DNA of 62,091 nucleotides, filler included, from Globobulimina sp. (taxonomy: Eukaryota), in NCBI GenBank assembly GCA_003354225.1. It is 28 parts of 28 records of this genome, joined end to end, with 100 filler letters (N's around TTAATTAATTAA, not from the genome) between each part and the next. Parts side by side here need not be neighbours in the genome. Positions count along the whole stretch, not along the records: positions 11,115 to 13,236 come from PIVH01008823.1; positions 13,337 to 15,458 come from PIVH01008824.1; positions 15,559 to 17,680 come from PIVH01008825.1; positions 17,781 to 19,902 come from PIVH01008826.1; positions 20,003 to 22,124 come from PIVH01008827.1; positions 22,225 to 24,346 come from PIVH01008828.1; 22 more parts are not named here. The stretch is one strand, 5' to 3'. Under the pieces are notes generated by a model that ran no database searches, was not told where the DNA came from, and saw only the letters and a list, made by a program, of their open reading frames with translations. Below are positions 11,115 through 23,580 of this stretch, piece after piece. Within the stretch, counting starts at the first letter, position 1; the number at the start of each line of letters is the position of its first letter. Made by a program: the position numbers and the translations under genes.

Positions 11115-12812
11115 GATGTGGTAGCACCGTTAATCAATACGGCGATTCGAAAGAAAGATCGAAAGCGCAAAGAGAGCGCGGAACTGACGGATGATGATTG
11201 GAAATGCATTCATAACATAATAATGCGAGACTTGATCTGCGAGATCAGCCAGAAAGAGAAAGAGTTGATGTGGCGGGCCCGCGACCAGTTGGTGTCAATG
11301 CCGATGGCTTTGCCCATTTTTTTAAAATGCGTAGATTGGCGAGACTTATGTTGCCGCGCTGAAACGTACCAATATTTACGCGAATGGCAGCCACCGACGT
11401 ACTTAGAGGACGCGTTGGAATTATTGGGCTGGGAATTTAGTGATATCCGGGTGCGCGAATACGGCGTCATGTGCATTGCCAACATGCACGACAGCGATTT
11501 GCAGCGCTATTTGTTGCAATTAGTGCAATGTTTGAAATTCGAGTTGCATCACAACAACGCGCTGATTCGGTTGCTAATGAGACGCGCTTTGATGAACCCG
11601 TACCAAATCGGACACTTTTTATTTTGGCATTTAAAGTCGGAATATCACAATTTGGAGACGCAGGAACGCTTTGGTTTGTATATGGAAGAATACCTATTGC
11701 ACTCAACCACGCATTCACGCGAATTATTGCAGCAAGTCAACTTAATGCAGGCTTTGAAGTACATGAACGCCAAGATCCAGTCTTCCAAAAACCAATCGGA
11801 AAAGGAGAAATTGGCAGAGTTGCATGGCATGATTGAGGCGCTAAACCGCGTGATGCCGACTATCATCTCCTTGCCGCTGAATCCGCACTGGCGTTGCACC
11901 CATTTAATTGTAGACAAATGCCGCTATTTCAGCAGTGCCAAGGTGCCGCTGTTGTTGGTGTTCAAGAATGTGGACTCGTTGGCGGCGGACATTCATGTTT
12001 TGTTTAAGAGCGGCGACGATCTGAGGCAGGACATCCTGACTTTGCAGGTCTTTCGCGTGATGGACAAAGTGTGGCTGGATCGCGGCTTGAATTTGCGTCT
12101 GATAACGTACGATGTGGTGGCGACTGGCAATGACTGCGGGATGCTGGAAATTGTGTTAAATGCGGCGACCACGAACCACATCCACGTGAATGAAGGTGGT
12201 GGGCCGCAGAAAGGCTGTCGCGACGAGACGACGCATTTGAAGTACATTGAGCGCCACAATTTGAATAAATCCTTATTGGATGCAGCCAGATATAATTATG
12301 CGCGCTCCGCGGCGGGTTATTGTGTGGCAACGTATGTGTTAGGGATCGGGGACCGCCATCCGGATAATATTATGTTGCGGCAAAATGGCGTGATTTTCCA
12401 TATTGATTTTGGACACATTTTGGGCAATTTTAAAGTGAAGAAAGTTGTGGCGAATTACAAGTGGCGGCGAGAGCGCACACCGTTTGTTTTTTTGCCCGCT
12501 ATGAAATATATTATGGATTTGGGCGGAAAGGACCGCGATTTGTATAAAGATTTCGAGCAATGGTTTGTCGACGCGTACATGGCATTGCGTATAAGACACC
12601 GATTATTATTCAATTTGTTCACTTTGATGATACCCTCTGTGATGCCAGAGTTGATTTGTAAGTCTGATCTCGTTTATTTACGCGATCAATTGCATTTAAA
12701 TGATATTCCGCAGGATAAAATCCATAAACATTGTAAGAAGATTATTAAGCAGTGTTTAAATGATAAATCTAGAATTTTAGATAATATATTTCATGCCGTT
12801 AAGCATACATAA
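11115..12812 (+). CDS. Class I-like phosphatidylinositol 3-kinase catalytic subunit (helical + kinase domains), 5'-partial
   Basis: LLQLVQCLKFE, FKSGDDLRQD, YVLGIGDRHPDN, HIDFGH and RERTPF motifs. Confidence 0.96.
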   Translation, partial: DVVAPLINTAIRKKDRKRKESAELTDDDWKCIHNIIMRDLICEISQKEKELMWRARDQLVSMPMALPIFLKCVDWRDLCCRAETYQYLREWQPPTYLEDALELLGWEFSDIRVREYGVMCIANMHDSDLQRYLLQLVQCLKFELHHNNALIRLLMRRALMNPYQIGHFLFWHLKSEYHNLETQERFGLYMEEYLLHSTTHSRELLQQVNLMQALKYMNAKIQSSKNQSEKEKLAELHGMIEALNRVMPTIISLPLNPHWRCTHLIVDKCRYFSSAKVPLLLVFKNVDSLAADIHVLFKSGDDLRQDILTLQVFRVMDKVWLDRGLNLRLITYDVVATGNDCGMLEIVLNAATTNHIHVNEGGGPQKGCRDETTHLKYIERHNLNKSLLDAARYNYARSAAGYCVATYVLGIGDRHPDNIMLRQNGVIFHIDFGHILGNFKVKKVVANYKWRRERTPFVFLPAMKYIMDLGGKDRDLYKDFEQWFVDAYMALRIRHRLLFNLFTLMIPSVMPELICKSDLVYLRDQLHLNDIPQDKIHKHCKKIIKQCLNDKSRILDNIFHAVKHT

Positions 12813-13336
12813 TTGTATTTTTTGTTGTCTTTTTTTTCTTTTTTTGATTGGTTGTTTTTCTTTTAAAGTTGAATATTGTTTTTATTTGTATAAATTTTAG
12901 AGTTGCAATCCAAAAAAAAACAACTAGCCTTTCTTTTTTAAATGACAATTAAGACGGTTTTTGAAGTGGTATCTAGTCATCACTTTAAGTAACATCATCC
13001 GAGTGACCAGACAAAATGTTGAGAGTTGTCTTCATGCTCTGTCTTTTGGTCAATGCGTGTGTGTCAATCAGCACATTAATTGCAGCAGCCGTTGCAGCAA
13101 AAACGTTTGATGAATTTAGCAAAATTAAATGGAATGATTTCGTAATGACACAGAATGATATTACACTGTTGCTGGAGCATTGTTCCATGGAAACTAAGCA
13201 ATTTCTACGCAGGGCGAGCAAGGTCGAAGTGGAAGCNNNNNNNNNNNNNNNNNNNNNNNNNNNNNNNNNNNNNNNNNNNNTTAATTAATTAANNNNNNNN
13301 NNNNNNNNNNNNNNNNNNNNNNNNNNNNNNNNNNNN

Positions 13337-15312
13337 ATGGGATGGCAACTCATTAATGGTTCAATGCGATCATTGTCAAGAATGGTTTCATCCAAAATGT
13401 GTCGGTGTATCCACCAAAGAAGCAAAAGATAGTCCATTTATATGTCCACAGTGTCAGGACAAGCCAATATTAAAATTAATTAATTACAAAATGGAATCAT
13501 ACAAAAAAGATATGCAATTCAGTTATTTTGAACATAAAGATCCAAAACGATTATTACAATTATATGCTATCATTGATCCCCACCACAAACACAATAAACA
13601 CTCCGCTCCTAATCACAATCCACAATCATCGCAATTGCAACCTATCATTGACAGCAATGTATTGCATCAAATTAAAAATAATGCTGCCAATCCGCACCAA
13701 TTTTACAATGAAATCATTTTATTTGCCACGCAAAAAAAAAATAAAGTTAAGTTACTTATTTTTTTAATCCTTGCACTATTTTTTTATCCTCGCACTCATT
13801 TTAATTGCCACACAAAAACAGATAGAAATAAAGCATATTGAAACCATAAATGAATGTAAAAAATATATTTATTCGTGTTTATTTGGCAAACATTTGGATT
13901 TAATTTCAAATAAAAACAGGAACAAAATCATCAAACACCGGTCTGGCGATCATAAACGTAATGACTTCCATACATTGCTCTGCGTTAATTGCAATGGCGA
14001 AATTCCAACAAATTGCTATAATCAACATATTGATAAATGTGCACAGTTTAACTATAATAATAATGATATGGAATCAGGCGAAGATTTTGATTTAGATTTA
14101 AGTTTTGAGGATATATTATTTTCAACAAATTATAAATCAATTTGTATCCCGCATAATCCGTATCAGATAGCAATGAGTGAGAGGAATGAGAATGAGATGA
14201 ATATGTTGGCTCCGATTGATATCAATGACAGAGACAAAGTGATCAAACAATTAATAGACAAAGAAAGCAAATACAAAACATATGGAAACAGTGATAATTC
14301 GAATGTATTGTTAACACAAACAAATCATAAAAATTTGCAAATATTTTATAAAATTTATAAGAAATTAATGAGTGAATTATCGCAACAATTATCAGATGAG
14401 GAAGAGGAGGAAGATGAGGAAGATGAAGACGATGATATTCCCATTGCGCAGAATCTAAAGCAAAATGATTATAAATCAAAATATAAAAAAATTGAAAATA
14501 AATTCAAAAAATATAAACATTTGCAGAAAATTAAAAATTTACAGGAAAAACAAAAAAAATATAAACTAAATCAAAATGTAAATGATAAATTGATAAATAA
14601 ATGTCAGTTAAAATACAAAAAGGATAAAAATGTACTTAATAAGTTATATAAAAACATATTTCCATTAACTGCCAATCCAAAAAATGCAAAACAATTATTA
14701 AATAAATTGCGTTTTTGTAATTTAAATAATTTAAAATTGAGACATTGTGCCTATTTATTCGATAAAAATAATGTGAAAATAAAAAATGAAAATGAAAATG
14801 AAGAGAAAACCATGAGAATGGATGTGGACAACGGCAATAATAATAAGAATATAAACAGCAATGATAATGACAATGACAATGATTGTAATAATATTAATGA
14901 GTATGAATATTCATATTTTTGTGATAATAAATTAAATAAAAATGGATTATGTTCGATTCATAAAAATTGGAGGATTGAAAGCTACAAAAAACTATCGGAG
15001 AATTTACAAAATGAAATCAAACAAATATTTTTATTAAAATGTCTTTTAAAAGAAATAAATAACAAAAAAATGGTTGAAATGCTAGAAAAAGAGCAAGAAA
15101 TGGATTTTAATAAAGTTTATAATAATGATATAAACTTATTTGATGATAAAGATATTAATATGAAGCCTTCAATATCGATAAGTATTGATTCAAAGAAAAC
15201 TGACATTGATTTCCTAATGAAAACAAAGTTGAATAATAATAATAATGCGGATATTACTCAAAGTACATTGCAAAAGATTGAAAATAATGTCGTTTCGTAT
15301 CCACTGCAATAA
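13337..15312 (+). CDS. CXXC1: PHD-finger protein, CFP1/Spp1-like (COMPASS subunit); intron 13746..13821; 5'-partial
   Basis: PHD MVQCDHCQEWFHPKCVG...CPQC; later CVNC..I......HIDKC and FC......CSIHKNW match the CFP1/Spp1 C-terminal pattern; phase-0 intron. Confidence 0.65.
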
Positions 15313-15617
15313 ACACTTTATTCATAAGTGTGAGTTTTATTTATTGATAAATCAAGGATTATTTCGTTAATGTTTAATTTATTCATTCAATGTATCGCTG
15401 CTCTAAAATTCCACATTTTAACCATGTTTTTTTTTAGCTGAGTAAAAAATCCTACATCNNNNNNNNNNNNNNNNNNNNNNNNNNNNNNNNNNNNNNNNNN
15501 NNTTAATTAATTAANNNNNNNNNNNNNNNNNNNNNNNNNNNNNNNNNNNNNNNNNNNNAATAAAAGTTTTTGAAAAAAAAAAAACCAGAAAATGTCAATT
15601 AAAAGAAAGGCAAACAC

Positions 15618-16867
15618 TCAAACAAAAAGTTGTGTGGTTGTTCCAGCTGATCGTGATTCCGATAATTTTGTTGTTTGATGATTAATATCAAAATTATGTA
15701 TTAAATTTCTAATATTTTCAACATTGTGTGTTGTATTTGAATGCGTTGCTTTATTTTTCTTAACAATGGGCGATAAATATGAAGATGGTGGTCTTTGCGT
15801 GAAAATGGAGCTATATTTAACCGGCGTCGATTGATCTGGCACTGCAAAAGGATTATTTCCTACATATTTCTCAATTATTTGTTCAAATTCTTTTGGTTTT
15901 GTACCATATAATTCATCGCTAAGAATACCATTTTTAATAAAAATATAAATTGGAATCGGCGTTGGAAAATAATTATTAATAATAATTTCTCGGATTTCTT
16001 TGATTTCATTCATTCGGTTAATACTTAACCGAATAAATTTTATTTTTTTATTTTTGTTTTTATTGTGTAATATTTCATCGATAAATGGATACATAACATC
16101 TGATGCTCCAAAAACAGTGGAATATAATTCAATAATTAATAAATTATCATCCTGCGTAAAATCCAAACACTGTTTCCATTCAATAGCTCTTTCGATATCT
16201 AATCCATTGAATCTTTTTGGAATATAATAATCCCATTCAATTTCTACAATTTCCTCTTCATCTTTTTCTTCTTTTGCTGTTTCATCAAATTCAATTTCTT
16301 TCATTTTCTCTTCTTTTTCTTCGTCGCTCACTGAAATATAACTTAATTTCTTACCAAATATAGTCAAATCAACATCCATTTCTGTCTCAAAGTCATTTGA
16401 ATAATCATCCGCAAGATTGTCCATTTCGACATCGCCTGGAAACTGTGGCATATCGTCGGAGAAATTGTAATGTAGCTCTTCTTTTTGCATATTTTCTAAA
16501 AATTGAGCAGGCGATATTGGGGTTGTAGGCATTTTTAATTGTGGCCGTGGTCGCGGCGTCGGCTCTTTCTCTTTCTCGTCCATTTGAATATCATTTTCTT
16601 TTTTTGATATCGATGTAATATTATTATTATTCTTATTTTCTGATATATCCTTCAATTCTTTTTCAGCAATTGCTTGATGCATCGGAATGCCAATGGTTGT
16701 AACGGTTTGCTTTGGTTTTACAATGGAATAAATTCCTGTGAATAAGGAAGTGTTGCCTGCTTAAAATGGAATCGTTGATTCGTTCGATTGTATAGCGTCA
16801 TGCATAGAAACATACTTGAAACCACATCATCGGTGTCTTTACAATCATTGCCTTCTTGAACCCACAT
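15618..16867 (-). CDS. Acidic protein with a C-terminal thioredoxin-like domain lacking CxxC; intron 16760..16815
   Basis: LLIIELYSTVFGAS...P..IFIKNG...ELYG.....F.QIIEKY thioredoxin-fold pattern; upstream exon MWVQEG... splices in frame. Confidence 0.6.
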
Positions 16868-16992
16868 TTTGATTCAACAATGTGAGAGCACGACAGAGGA
16901 ACAGAGATATACAATATAACACAAAGCAGAACCGTTTTGTAAGTTGTTTAACAAAAACCTAAGGTTGTGACTATTTATATTCAAAAACATGC

Positions 16993-17680
16993 ATGACTAC
17001 TAATAAAATAGTCATGAACATGTTTGAATATATTGAACAACATACAACCAAGCCACAACAATTCGCGATTGGTACAACATCATTTGTAATGTTAACATAC
17101 TTGATTTTCTGGGTTAAAAACACAATTCCTATAAATACATCAAAAAAAGAACAGTTAAATATAATAATCATTGGTGCATCGAGAGGAATTGGCTTATCAT
17201 TGGCACGCAATTTTTTAATATTTGGTGATAATGTAATCATAGCATCTTCCTCGGAAACCTCAATTAAAAACGCACATAATACATTATCATCTGAATTTGA
17301 TTTAAAATTTCCGAATCAACAAATATTAGGTTCTCAAAAATGTGATATTACGCAAAAAGAAGATTTACAAAATTTATTTGAATATGCATCGGAAACGTTT
17401 AATAATCAAATTGATATTGTCATTAATAATGCGGGTATTGGCGGTAAAGAAAGAGATTATTTATGGAATATAGCATCGGATGAAATCAATAAGATTTTAT
17501 TAACAAATTTAGGTGGAATTATATTATCCAATCAAATGGCAATCAAACATTACATAAAAACATCGCAATTAACGCCCATACATATTTTTAACCAATCCGG
17601 TGCTGGAACTAATGGTATGAGCACACCGCGCTTTTTATGTTATGGTGCGAGCAAAGGCGGATTGTTAAATGTGATGAATT
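16993..17680 (+). CDS. Short-chain dehydrogenase/reductase, NOL/NYC1 (chlorophyll b reductase)-like, 3'-partial
   Basis: GASRGIG, NNAG, YGASK, and HIFNQSGAGTNGMSTPRFLCYGASK. Confidence 0.8.
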
Positions 17681-17780
17681 NNNNNNNNNNNNNNNNNNNN
17701 NNNNNNNNNNNNNNNNNNNNNNNNTTAATTAATTAANNNNNNNNNNNNNNNNNNNNNNNNNNNNNNNNNNNNNNNNNNNN

Positions 17781-18575
17781 ATTGATGAAAATGTAAAACA
17801 TAAAAAAAGCTTAAAATATTACTTTGTTTCCTCAGATTCAGTAAATAATCGCTACGAATTACCTTTATTTATTTGGTTTATTATTTATAATTTATATCAA
17901 TTATATTTCGAAATTAATAAACAAACCAAATCGGATAAAGATAACGGCAAAGATAACAATGTTATGCATAGTAATTATTTCGGATTGAAACATGTATTAC
18001 AAAAATGGATGGTGAATGAACATAATTTCCATTTTAAGAATTGTGATAATATTGCTTTATTAAAATTGTATCGTATGATTATTTGTGGCGGATTGCACGG
18101 GAATAAATTTAATATGATTTTCATAGTTTGTATTATGTTTAAAATAATATTCCATAACACAGAATTACACATTGTTAAAATGAACAAAAACAAAAATAAA
18201 AATAAAAAAAAACATAAAAATGAGGCCAATCAAATACGTGATATATTCTTACATAATTTGAATAATATCGTAATATTCACACAATATGTGGTTGAAATGG
18301 ATGTAAATCATTATGATAACAGTGAGCTTAAAGAGAATTTTAAATATTTTAAGCTGTTGTTACGGAATTTTAAAATTACGGATATGGTTAAAAATATATT
18401 GAGTTGGTTTGCAAAGTTAAATAATAAGAGAGTGTTCTATGTGTGCAAAGGGAATGCATTTTCAATTGATGTCACATCGCCATATTTTGCATTGTTCGGA
18501 CTCAAATCTAAATTTTATCCGTTGGACTCCGTATTGTATGATCAGATTGCTATATGGGTCCAAACTGACAACTGA
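17781..18575 (+). CDS. Hypothetical protein, 5'-partial
   Basis: Long AT-rich ORF, no recognised motif. Confidence 0.45.
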   Translation: MDENVKHKKSLKYYFVSSDSVNNRYELPLFIWFIIYNLYQLYFEINKQTKSDKDNGKDNNVMHSNYFGLKHVLQKWMVNEHNFHFKNCDNIALLKLYRMIICGGLHGNKFNMIFIVCIMFKIIFHNTELHIVKMNKNKNKNKKKHKNEANQIRDIFLHNLNNIVIFTQYVVEMDVNHYDNSELKENFKYFKLLLRNFKITDMVKNILSWFAKLNNKRVFYVCKGNAFSIDVTSPYFALFGLKSKFYPLDSVLYDQIAIWVQTDN

Positions 18576-18734
18576 CAAATTGCAATTTTCTAAACAAGTC
18601 ATGACTTGTGTGTATTTTTTGACATGTTTCCATGCCATAAAAATTCATTATGTAATCTTATTATTATAAAATAAAATAAATGTATTAATGCACTTTTACA
18701 GAGCTGAAAACTTAGAGCAATCAGAATTTAAATA

Positions 18735-19691
18735 ATGGGCAAACACATGCAACTGGTAATTGGGCCCGCAGGCAGCGGCAAATCGACTTATTGCAAGTCA
18801 ATCTACGACCATTGCTGTGCAGAACATCGCACAGTGCATGTTATAAATTTAGATCCGGCCGCAGAAACCTTTAAATATCCAGTCTCCGTCGATATTTGTG
18901 ATTTGATATCATTGGATGATGTATCGGAAGAATTAAAACTTGGACCAAACGGTGGCTTAATATTTTGTATGGAATATCTAATTGAAAATATCCAATGGTT
19001 AGAAAAGGAAATTGGTGCATATGAGGACGACTATCTTCTCATTGACTGTCCGGGACAGATAGAATTATATACGTTGAGTCATAATATCCTCGCACCATTC
19101 TATAAAACATACAAATATAAATTATAAAACAGACACATTCCTGTCATGAAACAATTGGTTTATTCCTTTGATAAATGGCATTATAGAATGTGTTGTGTGT
19201 ACTTATTGGACTCCGTTTTTATAACTGATTCCACCAAATTCGCGTCGGGAATTTTATGTTGTTTGAGCGCAATGCTTCAATTAGAACTGCCGCACATTAA
19301 TGTATTGACAAAAATTGATTTATTGGACAAACAGAAATCGACTGATTTGTCTGCTTTGTGTGACCCTGATTTGTCATTATTGCAACACAAAATGGAGCAG
19401 GAAGGAAAACACGATAATGATAAACATAAATTATTGACTTCCAATATTGCACAATTATTGAAATCATATGATATGGTCTCATTTTTGCCGTATTCGTGCC
19501 ATGACATTGATAGCATTGAGATGATATTGGCGCACATTGACCATGCTATACAATATGGAGAGGATAAGGAACCCATTGAACCGGAGAAATGGAATAAAAG
19601 TAATGACCAACAACAAGAACACTTTTATGAAAAACAAATGGAACTATTGGAGCAACGTAAAGAAACTGAAGAAAAGTTGAATGATAAATAG
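18735..19691 (+). CDS. GPN3: GPN-loop GTPase 3; intron 19073..19132
   Basis: [44 protein letters not shown]. Confidence 0.93.
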
Positions 19692-20002
19692 ACACAAAAT
19701 GACAGCAACAGCATTGAGAAATGCAGTTAATTGATTAAGTGCATCACATTAAAGTGCTTTACGTACAGTAAACACATGCAATATCATGGTTTATTTAAAC
19801 TGTTTTTAATCTGAGTGCTTCAACTTAAAATTTCCATCAACTCCTTGCTTTACGTAGACAGCATGGCATCAAAAAAGGTACCACTGCATTCGTCATCTAA
19901 TGNNNNNNNNNNNNNNNNNNNNNNNNNNNNNNNNNNNNNNNNNNNNTTAATTAATTAANNNNNNNNNNNNNNNNNNNNNNNNNNNNNNNNNNNNNNNNNN
20001 NN

Positions 20003-20466
20003 CAATAACTATAAGTGTGACTGTAGTCGTCTGGATCGATGTGATCGCCGTTGGTTTTGCGAAATACGAAATGGTAGTCGCCTAAATGGCCATGTTTGGC
20101 GGCGGATTGTTGGAATTGATGCGGTTTGTCGTAGGGACCTAAAATGGTTTCGTATGAGGCCTGGCCGTCGCCATCGCACATTACCAATTCATAGTCGTCT
20201 TCGGTGTATAATAAGTTCCGTTTACGGGCGACGGCATTGCAGACATCAGATGCAGCGGAGGAGGAGGTGATGGTTATGGTGCAATATTGGGATTGCGTGG
20301 ACTTGGTTTTTTGTAGTAAGTATGACGATGTTGATGACGAGGATTTGCCCTTTGAACCCATACTGCCGGTATTGTTGTTGTCGTCGGATTTCTCGTCAAT
20401 GGAGTCGGGCACTTCTACAAATACTTTGAGAAAGGTTGGCCGCTCTTGTTGGTTATTTAAAGCCAT
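20003..20466 (-). CDS. Ras-association (RA)-like domain protein, 3'-partial
   Basis: TITIT...ASDVCNAVARK...DYELV...ETILGPYDKP...HFVFRK ubiquitin-fold RA pattern. Confidence 0.65.
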
Positions 20467-20605
20467 ATAGACTTATAGCACAAGTTATGTGTGACTAACA
20501 ATTATTGTTTGTGTTCTATCTCTCTCTCAGTGCCCATTTACAAAAGAGTGTCGCAAGTTTTTTATTTATTTAAACTGCAAGTTTCTGAAACCGCAAACAA
20601 CTGAA

Positions 20606-21198
20606 ATGACGTCTTTGAAAGCGATGAGTCGTCCGGCAATATTGCATTACAATACTTTAATTCGATGTTGTTCATCATCTCAGCAAAGATTGGCACCATA
20701 CAAAAGAACAGCACAAAGAAGTTGGAGGTTACCAGAAAGCGATGAAGATATTGAGAGATATTTAATGAAATGGGAAAATGTCGTCGGACATGAATTTTTT
20801 GAGTCAATGAGAGGTAACTGCATTAAATATGGTGTCGATCGCATGTCGGAAAAGCAAAAAGACGGAATTAAGAAGTGTGTCGGCCACGGAAGCACCAGAC
20901 TTAAAAGAGTTTAGTGTTTGTTTAATCAGTAATTATTCAATAAAATGTGTAATAAATACTTGTTTGCAAGGCATTGTATCCAAAATATTTGCATTTAGAC
21001 CCAACAATGAGAGACTTACTATTATTGTCTGATAAAGATTTTGAATTTGCTGAAAGCAAAGACAAAGAAATGGCTCACACTTTAAAGACATTAAGAAGTG
21101 GTTTATGTGAACGTGGAGCTTTAAGTTTTAAACAACTTAAATTTGCAGGAAGTTTGTTGGATCAATTTTTTGGAGACATTACTGAAAAGCAAACGTAA
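20606..21198 (+). CDS. Hypothetical protein, possible mitochondrial presequence; intron 20909..20970
   Basis: Phase-0 GT-AG intron joins two ORFs; N-terminus is R/S-rich and lacks acidic residues. Confidence 0.6.
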
Positions 21199-21452
21199 AA
21201 TTGAATAATTGGCAATGAGTTGCAAACACTAACCAGTAACATTGATTTTGTTTGATCTTTTCATATATTGATAGGTTTATTGCATTTGCAATATCTAATC
21301 ACAAAAAATACATTCCAAAGATATCGGATTTAACGTTGTACGAAAACATCAACTACATTAAACATCTAGTACTAAGCAGCTTTTTTTAATCGTTTCTCAA
21401 ACAGCGCAAGGATATCATAAAAAACTCCGTGCGCGCATTTTGTTAAAAACGT

Positions 21453-22124
21453 ATGATGGGAAACGACATCGCGTCCTACACACAAAAAAGGCAACAAGCT
21501 AGAGAATGTCTAAAAAATAATCAATTGAAGAAAGCAAAATTATTGATATTGGATACCATTGAAAAGGAAGAGGAGAAACACAAAGCATTCACCAAATTAG
21601 GCGACATTTCAACTCAATTAAATGAATACAAAGAAGCAGAAAAATATTATCAAACATCGATCAGAGAATGTCCGGAAGATCCAAACTCTTACTTAAAATA
21701 TGGCAATTTATTACATGAACAGCTTAATGATGCAGTTAAAGCACAAGAAATGTATGAAACATGCATTAAATTGAGTTGTATGGAAGTTAATGATGAATGT
21801 TGCAATTGGTTTAATTTTGGAAAATTAATGTTTAAATTAAACCATTTCGACCAAGCAATTGCATGCTATGCTAAATGCAAAACAGAAAGAGCGTGCATTC
21901 ATTATCATTCTGCTAAGTGTTTATTGAAAACAAATAATACAAAAAACGCAGCATTTGCATTAGAAAAAGCAACAGAAATAAAACCAACAGTTGCTAAGTA
22001 TCATTATGAATATGCCAAATGTCTCACGGCTTTAAAATCGTTTGAAAGAGCAAACCATTCGTTTGAAAAAGCTGTGCAATTATCACAATTCGAAGACATT
22101 AACATATTAAATGATTTTATACAC
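21453..22124 (+). CDS. Tetratricopeptide-repeat protein, 3'-partial
   Basis: Repeated LG......Y.EA..YY..SI...P helical-pair pattern. Confidence 0.88.
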
Positions 22125-22325
22125 NNNNNNNNNNNNNNNNNNNNNNNNNNNNNNNNNNNNNNNNNNNNTTAATTAATTAANNNNNNNNNNNNNNNNNNNN
22201 NNNNNNNNNNNNNNNNNNNNNNNNTTATCGATAATAATAACAATACATATACTAATACAGTAACAGCAGCTGCTGCGTCGATTGCAATACAAAAAGAAAA
22301 CAACAACATATACGAAAATGAGACA

Positions 22326-23564
22326 GTGGATGAAATCTTCGCTGTTGGTAGAAATTCGGGCGAGTTTGGATTCTATGGAGACACGAGAATATTAACAAAA
22401 TTACCGGATCACATCCAACAGCTTGACACAAAGCACATTTACAATGGCCATTCGTACTCAATATTTGCCAGTCAAAATCATGCAAAAATGTATTATTTAC
22501 CAAACAACAACACTGCTTTCGAAAAATTCAAACATGTAAACATAAGACAAATATTTTGTAATGTTAATGGTGAATGTACATTTTGGCAGACACAAAATGG
22601 CGCAGTGTATGCATTTGGGAACAACAGTATGGCAGCATTGGGATTGGGTCATTCACAGCTTTTAAGAGGCACAGATCCTGTACATATTCCGTTCTTTGAT
22701 GATGCGGTGTCCAACGTGATTGATATTCAGAGTGCTGCAGCAAATTACAGTTTTGCACTATGCTCCAAACACAATGCTAAATCGCATATTATCGTGGAAC
22801 TTTGGGCCAGATTACGAGAGCTGTACTGCCCGGCGGAAATTGTCAACATAATTTTAAATTTTTATAATTCACATTACGAGCTATATTCGGTCGGGTTTAG
22901 CTTAATGGGAAGCAGTGCCTATTGGACTCCAATAAAGGCTTTGAACTCGGTGAATATCTGCCAGATTGCCACTGGATTCGATCATTCTGTGTTCCTGCAA
23001 ACTAATGGCATTGTTTGGTGTGTTGGTGACAACAGATTCTCGCAGTTAGGTTTGGGACATCTTAATATGGTGACTTTGCCAACAAAGTTGTCATATTTTG
23101 TAGACAATGAGATTGAGATCAAAGATATTAAGTGTGGCCAGAATCATTGTCTGGCATTGGATGTGAAGGGAAATGTTTATAGTTGGGGCCATAACGGTGC
23201 TGGACAATGTGGCGACGGCTCCACATATCATATAAAGAAACCAAAGTTGATATCTGTGTTTGATGCGATGGCCATGGAAATAGTTGAAATTGGATGTGGT
23301 GGATATCATTCGTTTTGTAAATCAGTAGATGGAGGATATTATCTTTTTGGTGGAAATAAATACAATGAATGTGTTACTTATGATGAGACTCAATATATTG
23401 TACTGCTGCCACAATGTATCAACGAAATAGTGCAACATGAATGTGGTAAAATCATTAAATCAGTTTATTTGGGCCAAAGTAACACGAAATTAATCATCAG
23501 TGTTTCTAAGAACAGAAGCATTTATAACTCACTATTGAATAAATCCGCTCATGATCTAAAATAA
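22326..23564 (+). CDS. RCC1-repeat protein
   Basis: G.VY.FGNN...LGLGH, IATGFDHSVFL, IKCGQNHCLAL, VYSWGHNGAGQCG. Confidence 0.92.
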   Translation: MDEIFAVGRNSGEFGFYGDTRILTKLPDHIQQLDTKHIYNGHSYSIFASQNHAKMYYLPNNNTAFEKFKHVNIRQIFCNVNGECTFWQTQNGAVYAFGNNSMAALGLGHSQLLRGTDPVHIPFFDDAVSNVIDIQSAAANYSFALCSKHNAKSHIIVELWARLRELYCPAEIVNIILNFYNSHYELYSVGFSLMGSSAYWTPIKALNSVNICQIATGFDHSVFLQTNGIVWCVGDNRFSQLGLGHLNMVTLPTKLSYFVDNEIEIKDIKCGQNHCLALDVKGNVYSWGHNGAGQCGDGSTYHIKKPKLISVFDAMAMEIVEIGCGGYHSFCKSVDGGYYLFGGNKYNECVTYDETQYIVLLPQCINEIVQHECGKIIKSVYLGQSNTKLIISVSKNRSIYNSLLNKSAHDLK

Positions 23565-23580
23565 AAAGTAAGTAAAGACA

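Noticed and set aside
11210-12599. Multiple antisense/overlapping ORFs in PI3K (also in the kinase, NADK and RING genes)
   Set aside because: Expected shadow ORFs in GC-richer coding DNA; no motifs
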